Assembly: GCF_008035925.1 (NCBI RefSeq)
Contig: NZ_CP036264.1
Span: 2,412,443-2,476,442, forward strand
Reading direction: 5' to 3'
DNA length: 64,000 bases
From: Stieleria maiorica
Lineage (GTDB): Bacteria; Planctomycetota; Planctomycetia; Pirellulales; Pirellulaceae
Below, in pieces: positions 46,306-54,254 of the stretch (position 1 is its first letter; each line of letters begins with the position of its first letter). A program made the position numbers and the translations under genes. The notes beneath the pieces were generated by a model. The model ran no database searches, was not told where the DNA came from, and was given only the letters and a program-made list of their open reading frames with translations.

Positions 46306-48108
46306 CTAGTTTTCCGAATCGATCAACGATTCAACAACCGATTCGAGTTGCAGCCCGGTAAAGTCCAACGCTTCGACCTTGCCCTGTTGGTTGAAGATCG
46401 CGACGAATGGCAACGACACCAAACCGAACTTGGACGCGATCGGGTTGCCCTGGTCCGACGTCGCCGAGGAAACGCTGCGATAGCTGGGGAATCCCAGGTC
46501 ATTCTTCGCCAGAAACTCTCCCAACGGGGCCTGCTCGCCGTCCAAGTTCATCCCGACGATCGCGATTTTATCGGGGTGCCGGGATTGGATCTCCTGGAGC
46601 ATCGGGATGATTTGCAGCGAGGGCGGGATCATCACCGCCCAAAACGGCATCAGCACAACTTTGCCCTTGGTGTGGCTGGACGAGATGCTGTTACCGTCCA
46701 GGGTGGGCAGGTGTGCCAACGCGTCCAATGAGGTCCCGATGACGTCGCGGCGGGCTTCCATCGCCGCTTTGGCTGTTGCGATTTCGCCGGCGGTCGCCGA
46801 GTCGGCGTCGGCGAACCGTTCGCTCAAGATGCGGAACGTTTCCTGGACAAACGCGTCACGACCGGCGGCTTCAAATTGCAGTGCCGACGTGCCCAAGAAT
46901 TCGACGGTGTTCATATCGGGAGCTTCGCCGGTCAAGGTCGTCACGGCTTCGGTCCAACGCTCCAGGGCCACGTTCTCGTTTTCCAATATCTCTCCGATCA
47001 ACCGTGTGGCGGAATCATACTTGGCCGTCCCGGCGGCGTCGGCGGCCACTTGTGCGATCATCTTGTCGGGGGAGTTGCCGTACAGTTCCAGGATTTTTTC
47101 ACGCACCTTGGCCGATTGGTCCACCAATCCGTAATCGGCCAGCACTTGCCTGGCTTCCGCCATCATCAACACGGCCGGGATATCCGGTGTCGCACTTGCC
47201 GTCATGCCTTGGATCAGCGAGACGATTTCTTGGGCGGCTGATTCCCGGCCGGCACGCAGACCGTCGATGGCGAATCCGATCAACACGATTCGGCTGTCAC
47301 TGGCGATCGTCGATTCTGGCGACGATAGGTTCTGCTTGGCCAAGGCTTCGAGCGCCTTGGCCGACTGGATGTCGCCCATCGCCGACAGATGTGACAGCGC
47401 CTGCAACTGACCACGCAATCCCGCGGTGCGTTGTGCATCGGTGGCGTTGGGATGCTCCAGAAGCCGGACGGCAGCTTGCAGTTTTCCCTTGACCAACTGC
47501 TGCATCATTTCATTGGCTTGGTCGGCGTCTTGCAGTTGGTTGCGCTGGCGGGCCAACATTTCCATGTCGCGATCGGACTCCTCCAGAAACGTCATCAATT
47601 CGTCCGCCGTCAGATCGCCGCGCAGCTCACGCTCGGCTGCGACAGCGTTTGCGCCGCCGGTCCCGATCATCTCGGGGATGCCCGCCGGAATGGTGTTCGA
47701 CTCGGCCAATTCGAAACTCGGCGGAGTGGTGTTGGGGGCGCCGGCATTAGAACCTGGACCGGTTGCCGCCATCGCAGGGTCGGCTGAGTCGGCGGCCGCG
47801 ATCCGCGGGCCGGCCAATTCCTCTCGCTCTGCCGTGGTCGGCGGCGCTGTTCTCTGCGCGGAAGTCGCGTCGACGCCATTTGCTGACGGGTCGGAGACGC
47901 TGCGATCCGAATCGCCACTCTCCGTCACGGCACCCCCGGCCGGAGGGTTTGACGCCGCGTCAGGATCGCCCTGCGAGCAGCCCGGGACGCACAAACAGCC
48001 CAGAACACAGAGGGAAATGGTCAAACAGGCAACAGCGGACAGGTTGCCCCGTTGAACGGAAAGCGGACGAATTCGCATGGCGGTAAGAGGGTTCGGCGAC
48101 GGGATCAA
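46306..48108 (-). CDS. lipoprotein with C-terminal TlpA/ResA-like thioredoxin fold lacking the CxxC active site
   Basis: A lipobox-like sequence and low-complexity region are followed by helical repeats. The C-terminal GKVVLMPFWAVMIPPSLQ...FPSYRS...VSLPFVAIFNQQGKV matches the TlpA fold, but the WCxxC motif is replaced by WAVMIPPS. Confidence 0.5.
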   Translation of the reverse strand: MIPSPNPLTAMRIRPLSVQRGNLSAVACLTISLCVLGCLCVPGCSQGDPDAASNPPAGGAVTESGDSDRSVSDPSANGVDATSAQRTAPPTTAEREELAGPRIAAADSADPAMAATGPGSNAGAPNTTPPSFELAESNTIPAGIPEMIGTGGANAVAAERELRGDLTADELMTFLEESDRDMEMLARQRNQLQDADQANEMMQQLVKGKLQAAVRLLEHPNATDAQRTAGLRGQLQALSHLSAMGDIQSAKALEALAKQNLSSPESTIASDSRIVLIGFAIDGLRAGRESAAQEIVSLIQGMTASATPDIPAVLMMAEARQVLADYGLVDQSAKVREKILELYGNSPDKMIAQVAADAAGTAKYDSATRLIGEILENENVALERWTEAVTTLTGEAPDMNTVEFLGTSALQFEAAGRDAFVQETFRILSERFADADSATAGEIATAKAAMEARRDVIGTSLDALAHLPTLDGNSISSSHTKGKVVLMPFWAVMIPPSLQIIPMLQEIQSRHPDKIAIVGMNLDGEQAPLGEFLAKNDLGFPSYRSVSSATSDQGNPIASKFGLVSLPFVAIFNQQGKVEALDFTGLQLESVVESLIDSEN

Positions 48109-48519
48109 TTCTGAATCGCCAAACTATATCGCAACGCTCGGTTTTCCACTGCGCCTGAATTCCATTCCCTCAGGGACGGACGCTGGTCGATCGGGGCATC
48201 CGCTTCAGGGAAAGACTTGATGCGAACGAAACAATTGAAGTCACCTCCCTCTGGGCATTGGTGCCCGCACAAGTCGGCTCGTAGATATGGGCATGGCTCC
48301 CCTCGCCCTAAAACAGATCGAGCGAAAGACTTGGATCGCGGATTGACGATGACCGCGATCTTTTTTTGGGGTGAGGGGCTGGTGGTGAGGGGCTGTCCCC
48401 CCCGAAACGTCTGCGCCTCATCTCGCTCGCATCAGGCAAGCTGCTGGCCCCCTCATCCCCAGCCTGGCCTGATGAAAAGTACGTGGCGTCGAAAACTGGT
48501 GAACCGACAACGATTGAAA

Positions 48520-48614
48520 ATTGCAAAATGAACAGTGCAAATTGCGAAATGAATTGAGCGACGATTCCCGGCAAATCAGAATTTTGCAATGAACAGTTTG
48601 CAATTTGCAATCGA
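48520..48614. promoter_or_regulatory. AT-rich region with two ~32-bp imperfect direct repeats (TTGCAA-rich) upstream of the sugar-phosphate isomerase gene
   Basis: TTGCAAAATGAACAGTGCAAATTGCGAAATGAA and TTGCAATGAACAGTTTGCAATTTGCAATCGAG lie in an AT-rich island ~180 nt upstream of the 48795 start. Confidence 0.4.
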
Positions 48615-48794
48615 GGGATCCAGCAGAATCGCTGAACGTCCCCGAACCTATCCAACGTTCCAAGTTCCATTGATTTTCGCCAGCCCAGCCTCGGCCCCCT
48701 TCCGCCGAATCTGTCGCCGCCGCGCGTCCGCCGGATCGATGTTAAACTGGACGCCGATCGCATTTCCCCCCCCACCATACACACAAACTCCTTT

Positions 48795-49745
48795 ATGAAA
48801 TTCACTCGACGCGACGTCCTGGCGGCTTCGGCCGGACTTTTCTCGATGGCGACCTGTTCGTCTGCGTTCGCTTCGACCGAGGCGAAACGCAAATTCACCG
48901 TTGACCTCCGCTGGGGCAGTATCGGTGTCAAGGCGAACCAGAACGAAGCGATCGAATTGGCGGCCAAGCACGGATTCGAATCGGTCGCAGCGTCACCACA
49001 GGAACTGGAAAAACTGTCCGATGCCCAAAGCGAGGCGTTGGTCGGGACCCTGAAAGAAAAAGGCTTGGTCTGGGGCTCCTCGGGCCTGCCCGTCGATTTC
49101 CGCAAGGACGACGCAACCTTCAAACGCGACTTGGGGGCATTGCCCGCCCAAGCGGCCGCGTTGCGTCGCGCCGGTGTGGACCGAATGGGGACTTGGATCC
49201 GCCCCTGTCACGACGACCTGACTTACGTCGCCAACTTCAAGCAACACGCCGACCGGCTCCGCCAATGTGCCAAAATCTTGAAGGACCATGGCCTGCGTTT
49301 GGGGCTGGAATACGTCGGCACGGCGACCCTGCGCAATTCGAAACGATTCCCGTTCATTCACACGATGCGCGAGACGGCCGAACTGCATTCGGCGATCGGC
49401 GTGGACAACATGGGCTTCGTGCTCGACTCCTGGCACTGGTACACCGCCGGCGAAACCGCCGACGACATCCGCTCATTGAATGCAAACCAAATCGTCGGCT
49501 GTGATTTGAACGACGCCCCCAAGGACGTGCCGGTCGACCAGCAGATCGACAACCGACGCGAACTTCCCGCGGCAACGGGCGTGATCGACGTGAAATCCTT
49601 CCTGCAGGCACTGATCGATGTCGGCTATGACGGTCCGGTCCGCGCCGAACCGTTCAACCAAGCACTCAACCAGATGGACAACGACGACGCCTGCGAGGCG
49701 ACGTCCAAAGCGATCCGAAAAGCGATCGCGCTGGTCGAGGGATAG
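48795..49745 (+). CDS. sugar phosphate isomerase/epimerase (xylose-isomerase-like TIM barrel), Tat-secreted
   Basis: MKFTRRDVLAASAGLFSMA is the Tat signal. The length and HxxE...D.WH motifs match the family. Confidence 0.75.
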   Translation: MKFTRRDVLAASAGLFSMATCSSAFASTEAKRKFTVDLRWGSIGVKANQNEAIELAAKHGFESVAASPQELEKLSDAQSEALVGTLKEKGLVWGSSGLPVDFRKDDATFKRDLGALPAQAAALRRAGVDRMGTWIRPCHDDLTYVANFKQHADRLRQCAKILKDHGLRLGLEYVGTATLRNSKRFPFIHTMRETAELHSAIGVDNMGFVLDSWHWYTAGETADDIRSLNANQIVGCDLNDAPKDVPVDQQIDNRRELPAATGVIDVKSFLQALIDVGYDGPVRAEPFNQALNQMDNDDACEATSKAIRKAIALVEG

Positions 49746-49764
49746 GGTTTCCAGCCTGTCACGA

Positions 49765-50235
49765 GTCGCCGTGTTCTCCGAACTCGGCGTGTTCGACCTC
49801 GTTCCAAGGCTCCGCCTTGGAACGCGATCCTGATGTGGCTCGGCCACATGGTATCTGGCGACGCGAGGCGGAGCCTCGGGGGCTGTGTGTTCCCAGGCGG
49901 GAGCCCGGAACAAGGGGGACGTGGGCCGCTCGCTTACCGGCCTGTTGATTTAATCCGATCACACGTGGGATCAGCCGTTTCGCGCGAGCGTACGGGCTTC
50001 CAATACCAAGAAAACGAACTGGCGCCCGTAGGCTCGCGCCAAACGGCTGATTAAATCAACAGGACGTTACGCGTCCCGCTGGCATGCGCCTCTGCGCCTC
50101 GTTCCAAGGCTCCGCCTTGGAACGCGATGCCGATGTGGCTCCGCCACATGCCCTCTGGTGACGCGAGGCGGGAGCCTCGGGGACCGTGTGTTCCCAGGCA
50201 GGAGCCCGGGAACAAGGGAACAGCGTGTCGCGGAG
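49765..50235. repeat. cluster of nested REP-like hairpins surrounding the second copy of the 125-nt palindromic element
   Basis: Two copies of [TTCCAAGGCTCCGCCTTGGAA hairpin + ATGTGGCTC(C/G)GCCACAT hairpin + GGTGACGCGAGGCGG..GTGTGTTCCCAGGC.GGAGCCCGG..AACAAGGG] lie at 49795-49925 and 50098-50230. They flank the 49935-50060 palindromic element. A half REP (GTCGCCGTGTTCTCCGAACTCGGCG) sits at 49765. Confidence 0.8.
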
Positions 50236-50238
50236 CTG

Positions 50239-51324
50239 TTATGCGGCCTTGCGTAGACGACGGGGTGCTTCGATGCGTCGGCGGACGCTGGCCAACGGCC
50301 CGATTTCCGACGGGGCCGCCTCGGCGTACCAAGCCCTCTGGGCGATCGAATCAAGAATCCGCTCGGCGATCGTGACCGCTCGGGCACCGGCCAATCCGCT
50401 GACCGTCGGCGAAATCCCGGATTGGATGCTGATCACGAAGTCGTGAAGTTCATCCAGGATGGCGTTCCGCGACTCGAGTTGTTTAGTTTCCAGTTGCAGA
50501 TGGTCGGCGAACAATTCGTCGGCATATCCGAGCGGATTGTCGGTGGCTTGGTCCAGGTCGAACGCGCGGTCGACCAACGATTCGCTGGGACGAACGGCGT
50601 GCAGGGCGGGGCCGGAAAAATCGATTTCGGCAAAACCGCCGCATCCATACACTTGCATCTGTCGCGCCGGAGCGGGGCTGACCCGCGACGCTTTGAGATT
50701 CGCGACCAGACCGCAGGCGAATTCCAGCCGGGCTTCGGCCAAATCTTCGTGGTCGCTGACGACCGCCAGTCCGCTGGCCGAGACGTCGGCGACGGCGGCA
50801 TCGGTCATCGAACAAACCAGGTCGATGTCGTGGATCATCAGGTCCATCACCACGCCGACGTCCAGGCAACGACCGGGAAAGCGTGAGGCGCGGACGGCTT
50901 CGACGTACTTCACATCGACACCGATATCGCCCAGCGCGGTGAAGGCCGGGTTGAACCGTTCCACATGTCCGACTTGCAGCGTCAATCGTCGCGAGGCGGC
51001 CAGCATCGCCAGTTTGTCGGCATCGGCCGCGGTCGTCGCCAGCGGTTTTTCGACTAGCAAGTGCTTGCCCGCTTTCAACAGCGTCGTCGCGATCTCGGCA
51101 TGAGCGTCGGTCGGCGCGGCGATCACGGCGGCATCGATCTGGTCGATGCAGTCGCGGTAATCGGCAAAGGTGGGGACGTCGAACAGTTTGGCCGCGTTTT
51201 CTCGGGCGGCTTCGATCGGATCGCTGATCGCGACCAATTGAGCGCCATCAACGCTGCCGAGAAGTTTGGAATGAATTCGGCCCAGATGGCCGGCACCGAT
51301 GACGGCGACGCGCAAACGACTCAT
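50239..51324 (-). CDS. Gfo/Idh/MocA family NAD(P)-dependent oxidoreductase, translationally coupled to lpxA (GnnA-like candidate)
   Basis: MSRLRVAVIGAGHLGRIH is the Rossmann motif and EKPLA is the family consensus. The start ATG overlaps the lpxA stop by 4 nt (ATGA). Confidence 0.8.
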   Translation of the reverse strand: MSRLRVAVIGAGHLGRIHSKLLGSVDGAQLVAISDPIEAARENAAKLFDVPTFADYRDCIDQIDAAVIAAPTDAHAEIATTLLKAGKHLLVEKPLATTAADADKLAMLAASRRLTLQVGHVERFNPAFTALGDIGVDVKYVEAVRASRFPGRCLDVGVVMDLMIHDIDLVCSMTDAAVADVSASGLAVVSDHEDLAEARLEFACGLVANLKASRVSPAPARQMQVYGCGGFAEIDFSGPALHAVRPSESLVDRAFDLDQATDNPLGYADELFADHLQLETKQLESRNAILDELHDFVISIQSGISPTVSGLAGARAVTIAERILDSIAQRAWYAEAAPSEIGPLASVRRRIEAPRRLRKAA

Positions 51325-52133
51325 GCTGCTTTCTTTCTCCGTTGGTCTTGACCGCGTCCGTGACGTCCGCTGCACGAACGATCGACACAATCAAAAAGGT
51401 GTTTGATGACGGGACGAATCGGGCCTTGGGAGTAGACGATTTCGCGAGCCTTGTCGACACCGACGCGGGCTCGGTACAACAACTTGAACGCTTGCGTCAG
51501 CACCGCGATGTCTTCGGCGGTGTACCCGTGACGTTTCAGACCGATCGTGTTGACGGCGCGTGGTTTGGTCGGCTGGCCGTCGACGATCGTGTAGGGCGGC
51601 ACGTCGTGCAGCACCCGGCTCATCGCGCTGACAAAGCTCAACTGTCCGACGCTGGCGAAGTGCGACACGCCGACGCCACCGGCGATCGTGACGTCGTTTC
51701 CGACCCGGACGTGTCCGCCCAGCATGCCGTTGTTGGCGATCACGATGCGGTCGCCGACCTTACAATCGTGCGCGACGTGTGTGCCGGCCATGAAGTAGTT
51801 GTCGTGCCCGATCTCGGTCACGCCGTCTTCCTTTTCGGTCGCCCGATTGACGGTGCAGTGTTCGCGGAAAACGTTGTTGTCGCCGATGACCACTTTCGTC
51901 GGCGTGTCCTTGTAGCTTGTGTCCTGCGGGTGGCCGCCGATCACCGTGCCTTGAAAAATGTGGTTGTCATCACCGATCGTCGAGTGGCCGGTGATGACGA
52001 CGTGCTCTTCGATGAGCGTGCCGTCACCGATTTTTGCATCCGGCCCGATCACAGAAAAATGGCCGATTCGAACGCCGTTTCCAAGTTGAGCCCGCGGATC
52101 AACAACGGCTGTTTGAGCGATGACAACACTCAT
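51321..52133 (-). CDS. lpxA: acyl-ACP--UDP-N-acetylglucosamine O-acyltransferase
   Basis: Left-handed beta-helix hexapeptide repeats are present. The N-terminus IAQTAVVDPRAQLGNGVRIGHFSVIG matches LpxA, as does the C-terminal alpha-helical domain. Confidence 0.9.
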   Translation of the reverse strand: MSVVIAQTAVVDPRAQLGNGVRIGHFSVIGPDAKIGDGTLIEEHVVITGHSTIGDDNHIFQGTVIGGHPQDTSYKDTPTKVVIGDNNVFREHCTVNRATEKEDGVTEIGHDNYFMAGTHVAHDCKVGDRIVIANNGMLGGHVRVGNDVTIAGGVGVSHFASVGQLSFVSAMSRVLHDVPPYTIVDGQPTKPRAVNTIGLKRHGYTAEDIAVLTQAFKLLYRARVGVDKAREIVYSQGPIRPVIKHLFDCVDRSCSGRHGRGQDQRRKKAA

Positions 52134-52286
52134 GGCAAACCAATCTGAATAATTGACAGAGGAAGTTGCGATCTGAAAGCGAAATCAAATCGCGGATGAT
52201 TTGGAACGTAGCAATTCGATGTCTTTTGAATCGAGAGGAATCGGGCTGTTTTTTCGTCCACCAGGGGAAACTTTTTTCGGACCGAT

Positions 52287-53189
52287 TCAGGCCGCGCGGC
52301 GACGATCGCAAAACGAACTCACCTGATCCCGCGATCGCGACAACGTGGCCAACTCGTGGAGCGCTTTGGCCATCCGACCGTTCAACCGATGACCGCCGCG
52401 ATAGGAGATGAATTTTCCGACCAGTTCGACACCGACCAACGCCAGATCCCCGACAAGATCCAACGCCTTGTGACGAGCGCATTCGTTTTTGAAACGGACT
52501 TCATTTTCGATCGGGCCGTCATCGCCAAAGACCAACAGGTCCTGGTAAGAAACATGCTTTGCGACACCGCGGGCATGCAGCGATTTGGCTTGGCTTTCGG
52601 TCACGAACGTCCGCGCCGGAGCGACGTCCCGGCTGAACCGTGTCGGTGTGCAGGGGAATCCGTAACATTGATTGCTGATCTCGCCTTCTTGATCGAACAC
52701 CAACTGGTAGCCGAAGTGACTGACGCCCGTCGGGACCGGCGACGCGGAAATCCAAGACGATCCTTCGTGCAGCGTGATCACTTGGTCGATCACCAATCGG
52801 CGTCGTTCGCCCGCTTGGATCACCAACCCCGCCCCGGCCAACGCGTCGATGTAGGGCTTGCTGCTGCCGTCGAGCCCCGGCAGTTCCTTGCCGCTGATTT
52901 CCACGACGCAGTTGTCGATTTCCATCGCGTAGAGCGCCGCCATCAGATGTTCAATCATCTCGAACTCGGCGCTGCCACAGGCGACGTTGGTCCGCAGCTG
53001 GGCGTCGGTGCGTTGACTGACGTGAGCCGGACAGGACGGCTGGCCAGGCAAATCCGAACGCACAAGCGTGATGCCCGTGTTCACGGGGGCTGGATGCATG
53101 ACGACGTCGACTTCTTTTGCCGTCCAATAGCCTCGGCCACTCAGCCGACAAGAAGAAGCGATGGAATGCTGGTTGCGTGATAGCTTCAC
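52287..53189 (-). CDS. lpxC: UDP-3-O-acyl-N-acetylglucosamine deacetylase
   Basis: GITLVRSD...EH.MAAL....DN....I.G.E.P..DGSS match the LpxC consensus. The C-terminal HKALDLVGDLAL is also present. Confidence 0.85.
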   Translation of the reverse strand: MKLSRNQHSIASSCRLSGRGYWTAKEVDVVMHPAPVNTGITLVRSDLPGQPSCPAHVSQRTDAQLRTNVACGSAEFEMIEHLMAALYAMEIDNCVVEISGKELPGLDGSSKPYIDALAGAGLVIQAGERRRLVIDQVITLHEGSSWISASPVPTGVSHFGYQLVFDQEGEISNQCYGFPCTPTRFSRDVAPARTFVTESQAKSLHARGVAKHVSYQDLLVFGDDGPIENEVRFKNECARHKALDLVGDLALVGVELVGKFISYRGGHRLNGRMAKALHELATLSRSRDQVSSFCDRRRAA

Positions 53190-53398
53190 GGCGTGCCTCC
53201 CTGCCTGATCAAGCCACTTTTCGAATCCGGAAAATAAAAACGACGGACATCGCTGTCCGCCGCTTTGTGTCTGGTGTCAGCCGACGCCCTTGCCCACTGA
53301 CGTCGACCGTCGCCTGCTGACGCGGCCCTTTGCCGTTTTGGTGCGACCCCTCGCCAGTTGGCGACGGGAGTTGCACCGCATGCAGGGCTGCGTCGTCT

Positions 53399-54088
53399 CT
53401 ACTGACGCTGAGTGCTGTTACGTCCCGCGATCGCCGGATCCGTCTTGATGACCTTGTCCAGGTATTGCATCACACCCGGGGTCATGTCCAACGCGGCATC
53501 GTGATAAACGATGTTCTTCATCACGCCACGGATGACCGATTCGCCTTGCTCCTGATTCATTTCTTCGCTGTTGTAGCGAAGCACCAGGTTGATCTTGTAG
53601 TGGTTGGCCAAGAACTTCACGCCCGCGGCGATTTGCTGGTAGTTGTCGTAGTAGATTTTGGCTTCCGCGTCGGCCAATTCCTTGCGTTTGCGAGCCATGT
53701 CCAAGCGGAGCTTGGAATCCATGCTGGCCAGTTGCTCTTCCAGTTGAGCGTATTCGGGCGATCCCGGCGACAGCGTTTTCAGCTTGGCGGCGGTGTTCTG
53801 AAGCTGCTCTCGCTTTTGCTTCAGTTCGGCGTCGTAGGCCTTCAAATCGCCTTCGACTTTCGCCACCTGGACCTTGATCCCGGGATGATTCTTAAAGATG
53901 TAAGCGACGTCCACGACCGCGACGCGGTGAGGAGCCGATTCCTGTGCAGAAGCCGTCCCGCTGATCAGGCACGGAGCTAACACAGTTGCCAATCCGATGG
54001 CAATTCCACAGACGTGATGGCGAACGGTTCGCACTTTCGCTCTCCTTGCGTATTGAGTCGCAGTCCATTTGTCACAGCGATGAAACAA
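53399..54088 (-). CDS. skp: OmpH/Skp family periplasmic chaperone
   Basis: A signal peptide is followed by a long coiled-coil-rich ~160 aa (VAVVDVAYIFKNHPG...). Its position 5' of the lpx genes matches the conserved skp-lpx cluster. The N-terminal start is uncertain. Confidence 0.6.
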   Translation of the reverse strand: MFHRCDKWTATQYARRAKVRTVRHHVCGIAIGLATVLAPCLISGTASAQESAPHRVAVVDVAYIFKNHPGIKVQVAKVEGDLKAYDAELKQKREQLQNTAAKLKTLSPGSPEYAQLEEQLASMDSKLRLDMARKRKELADAEAKIYYDNYQQIAAGVKFLANHYKINLVLRYNSEEMNQEQGESVIRGVMKNIVYHDAALDMTPGVMQYLDKVIKTDPAIAGRNSTQRQ

Positions 54089-54254
54089 ACCGAGTTACCG
54101 CCTCAATTTGCTCGCAATGGCCCGATGCAGACATTCGTTGTCTGGTCCGAACCACCCAGTCGCTGTCGTGCCGAAATCGCTCCGGCGTTTGTTCACTAAT
54201 TACCGATTGTGGCAATCGTCCCCGGCCACGTAAAGATTGATCATGCGCTTTTTT

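Noticed and set aside
48308-49123. 271-aa - strand ORF overlapping the AT-rich region and the start of the isomerase gene
   Set aside because: It overlaps a well-supported + strand gene and an AT-rich regulatory island. There is no motif, so it is likely spurious.
50051-50387. Three overlapping 80-106-aa ORFs on both strands
   Set aside because: They lie entirely within the nested REP/hairpin repeat island, and their Arg/Pro-rich composition is typical of GC-rich non-coding translation.
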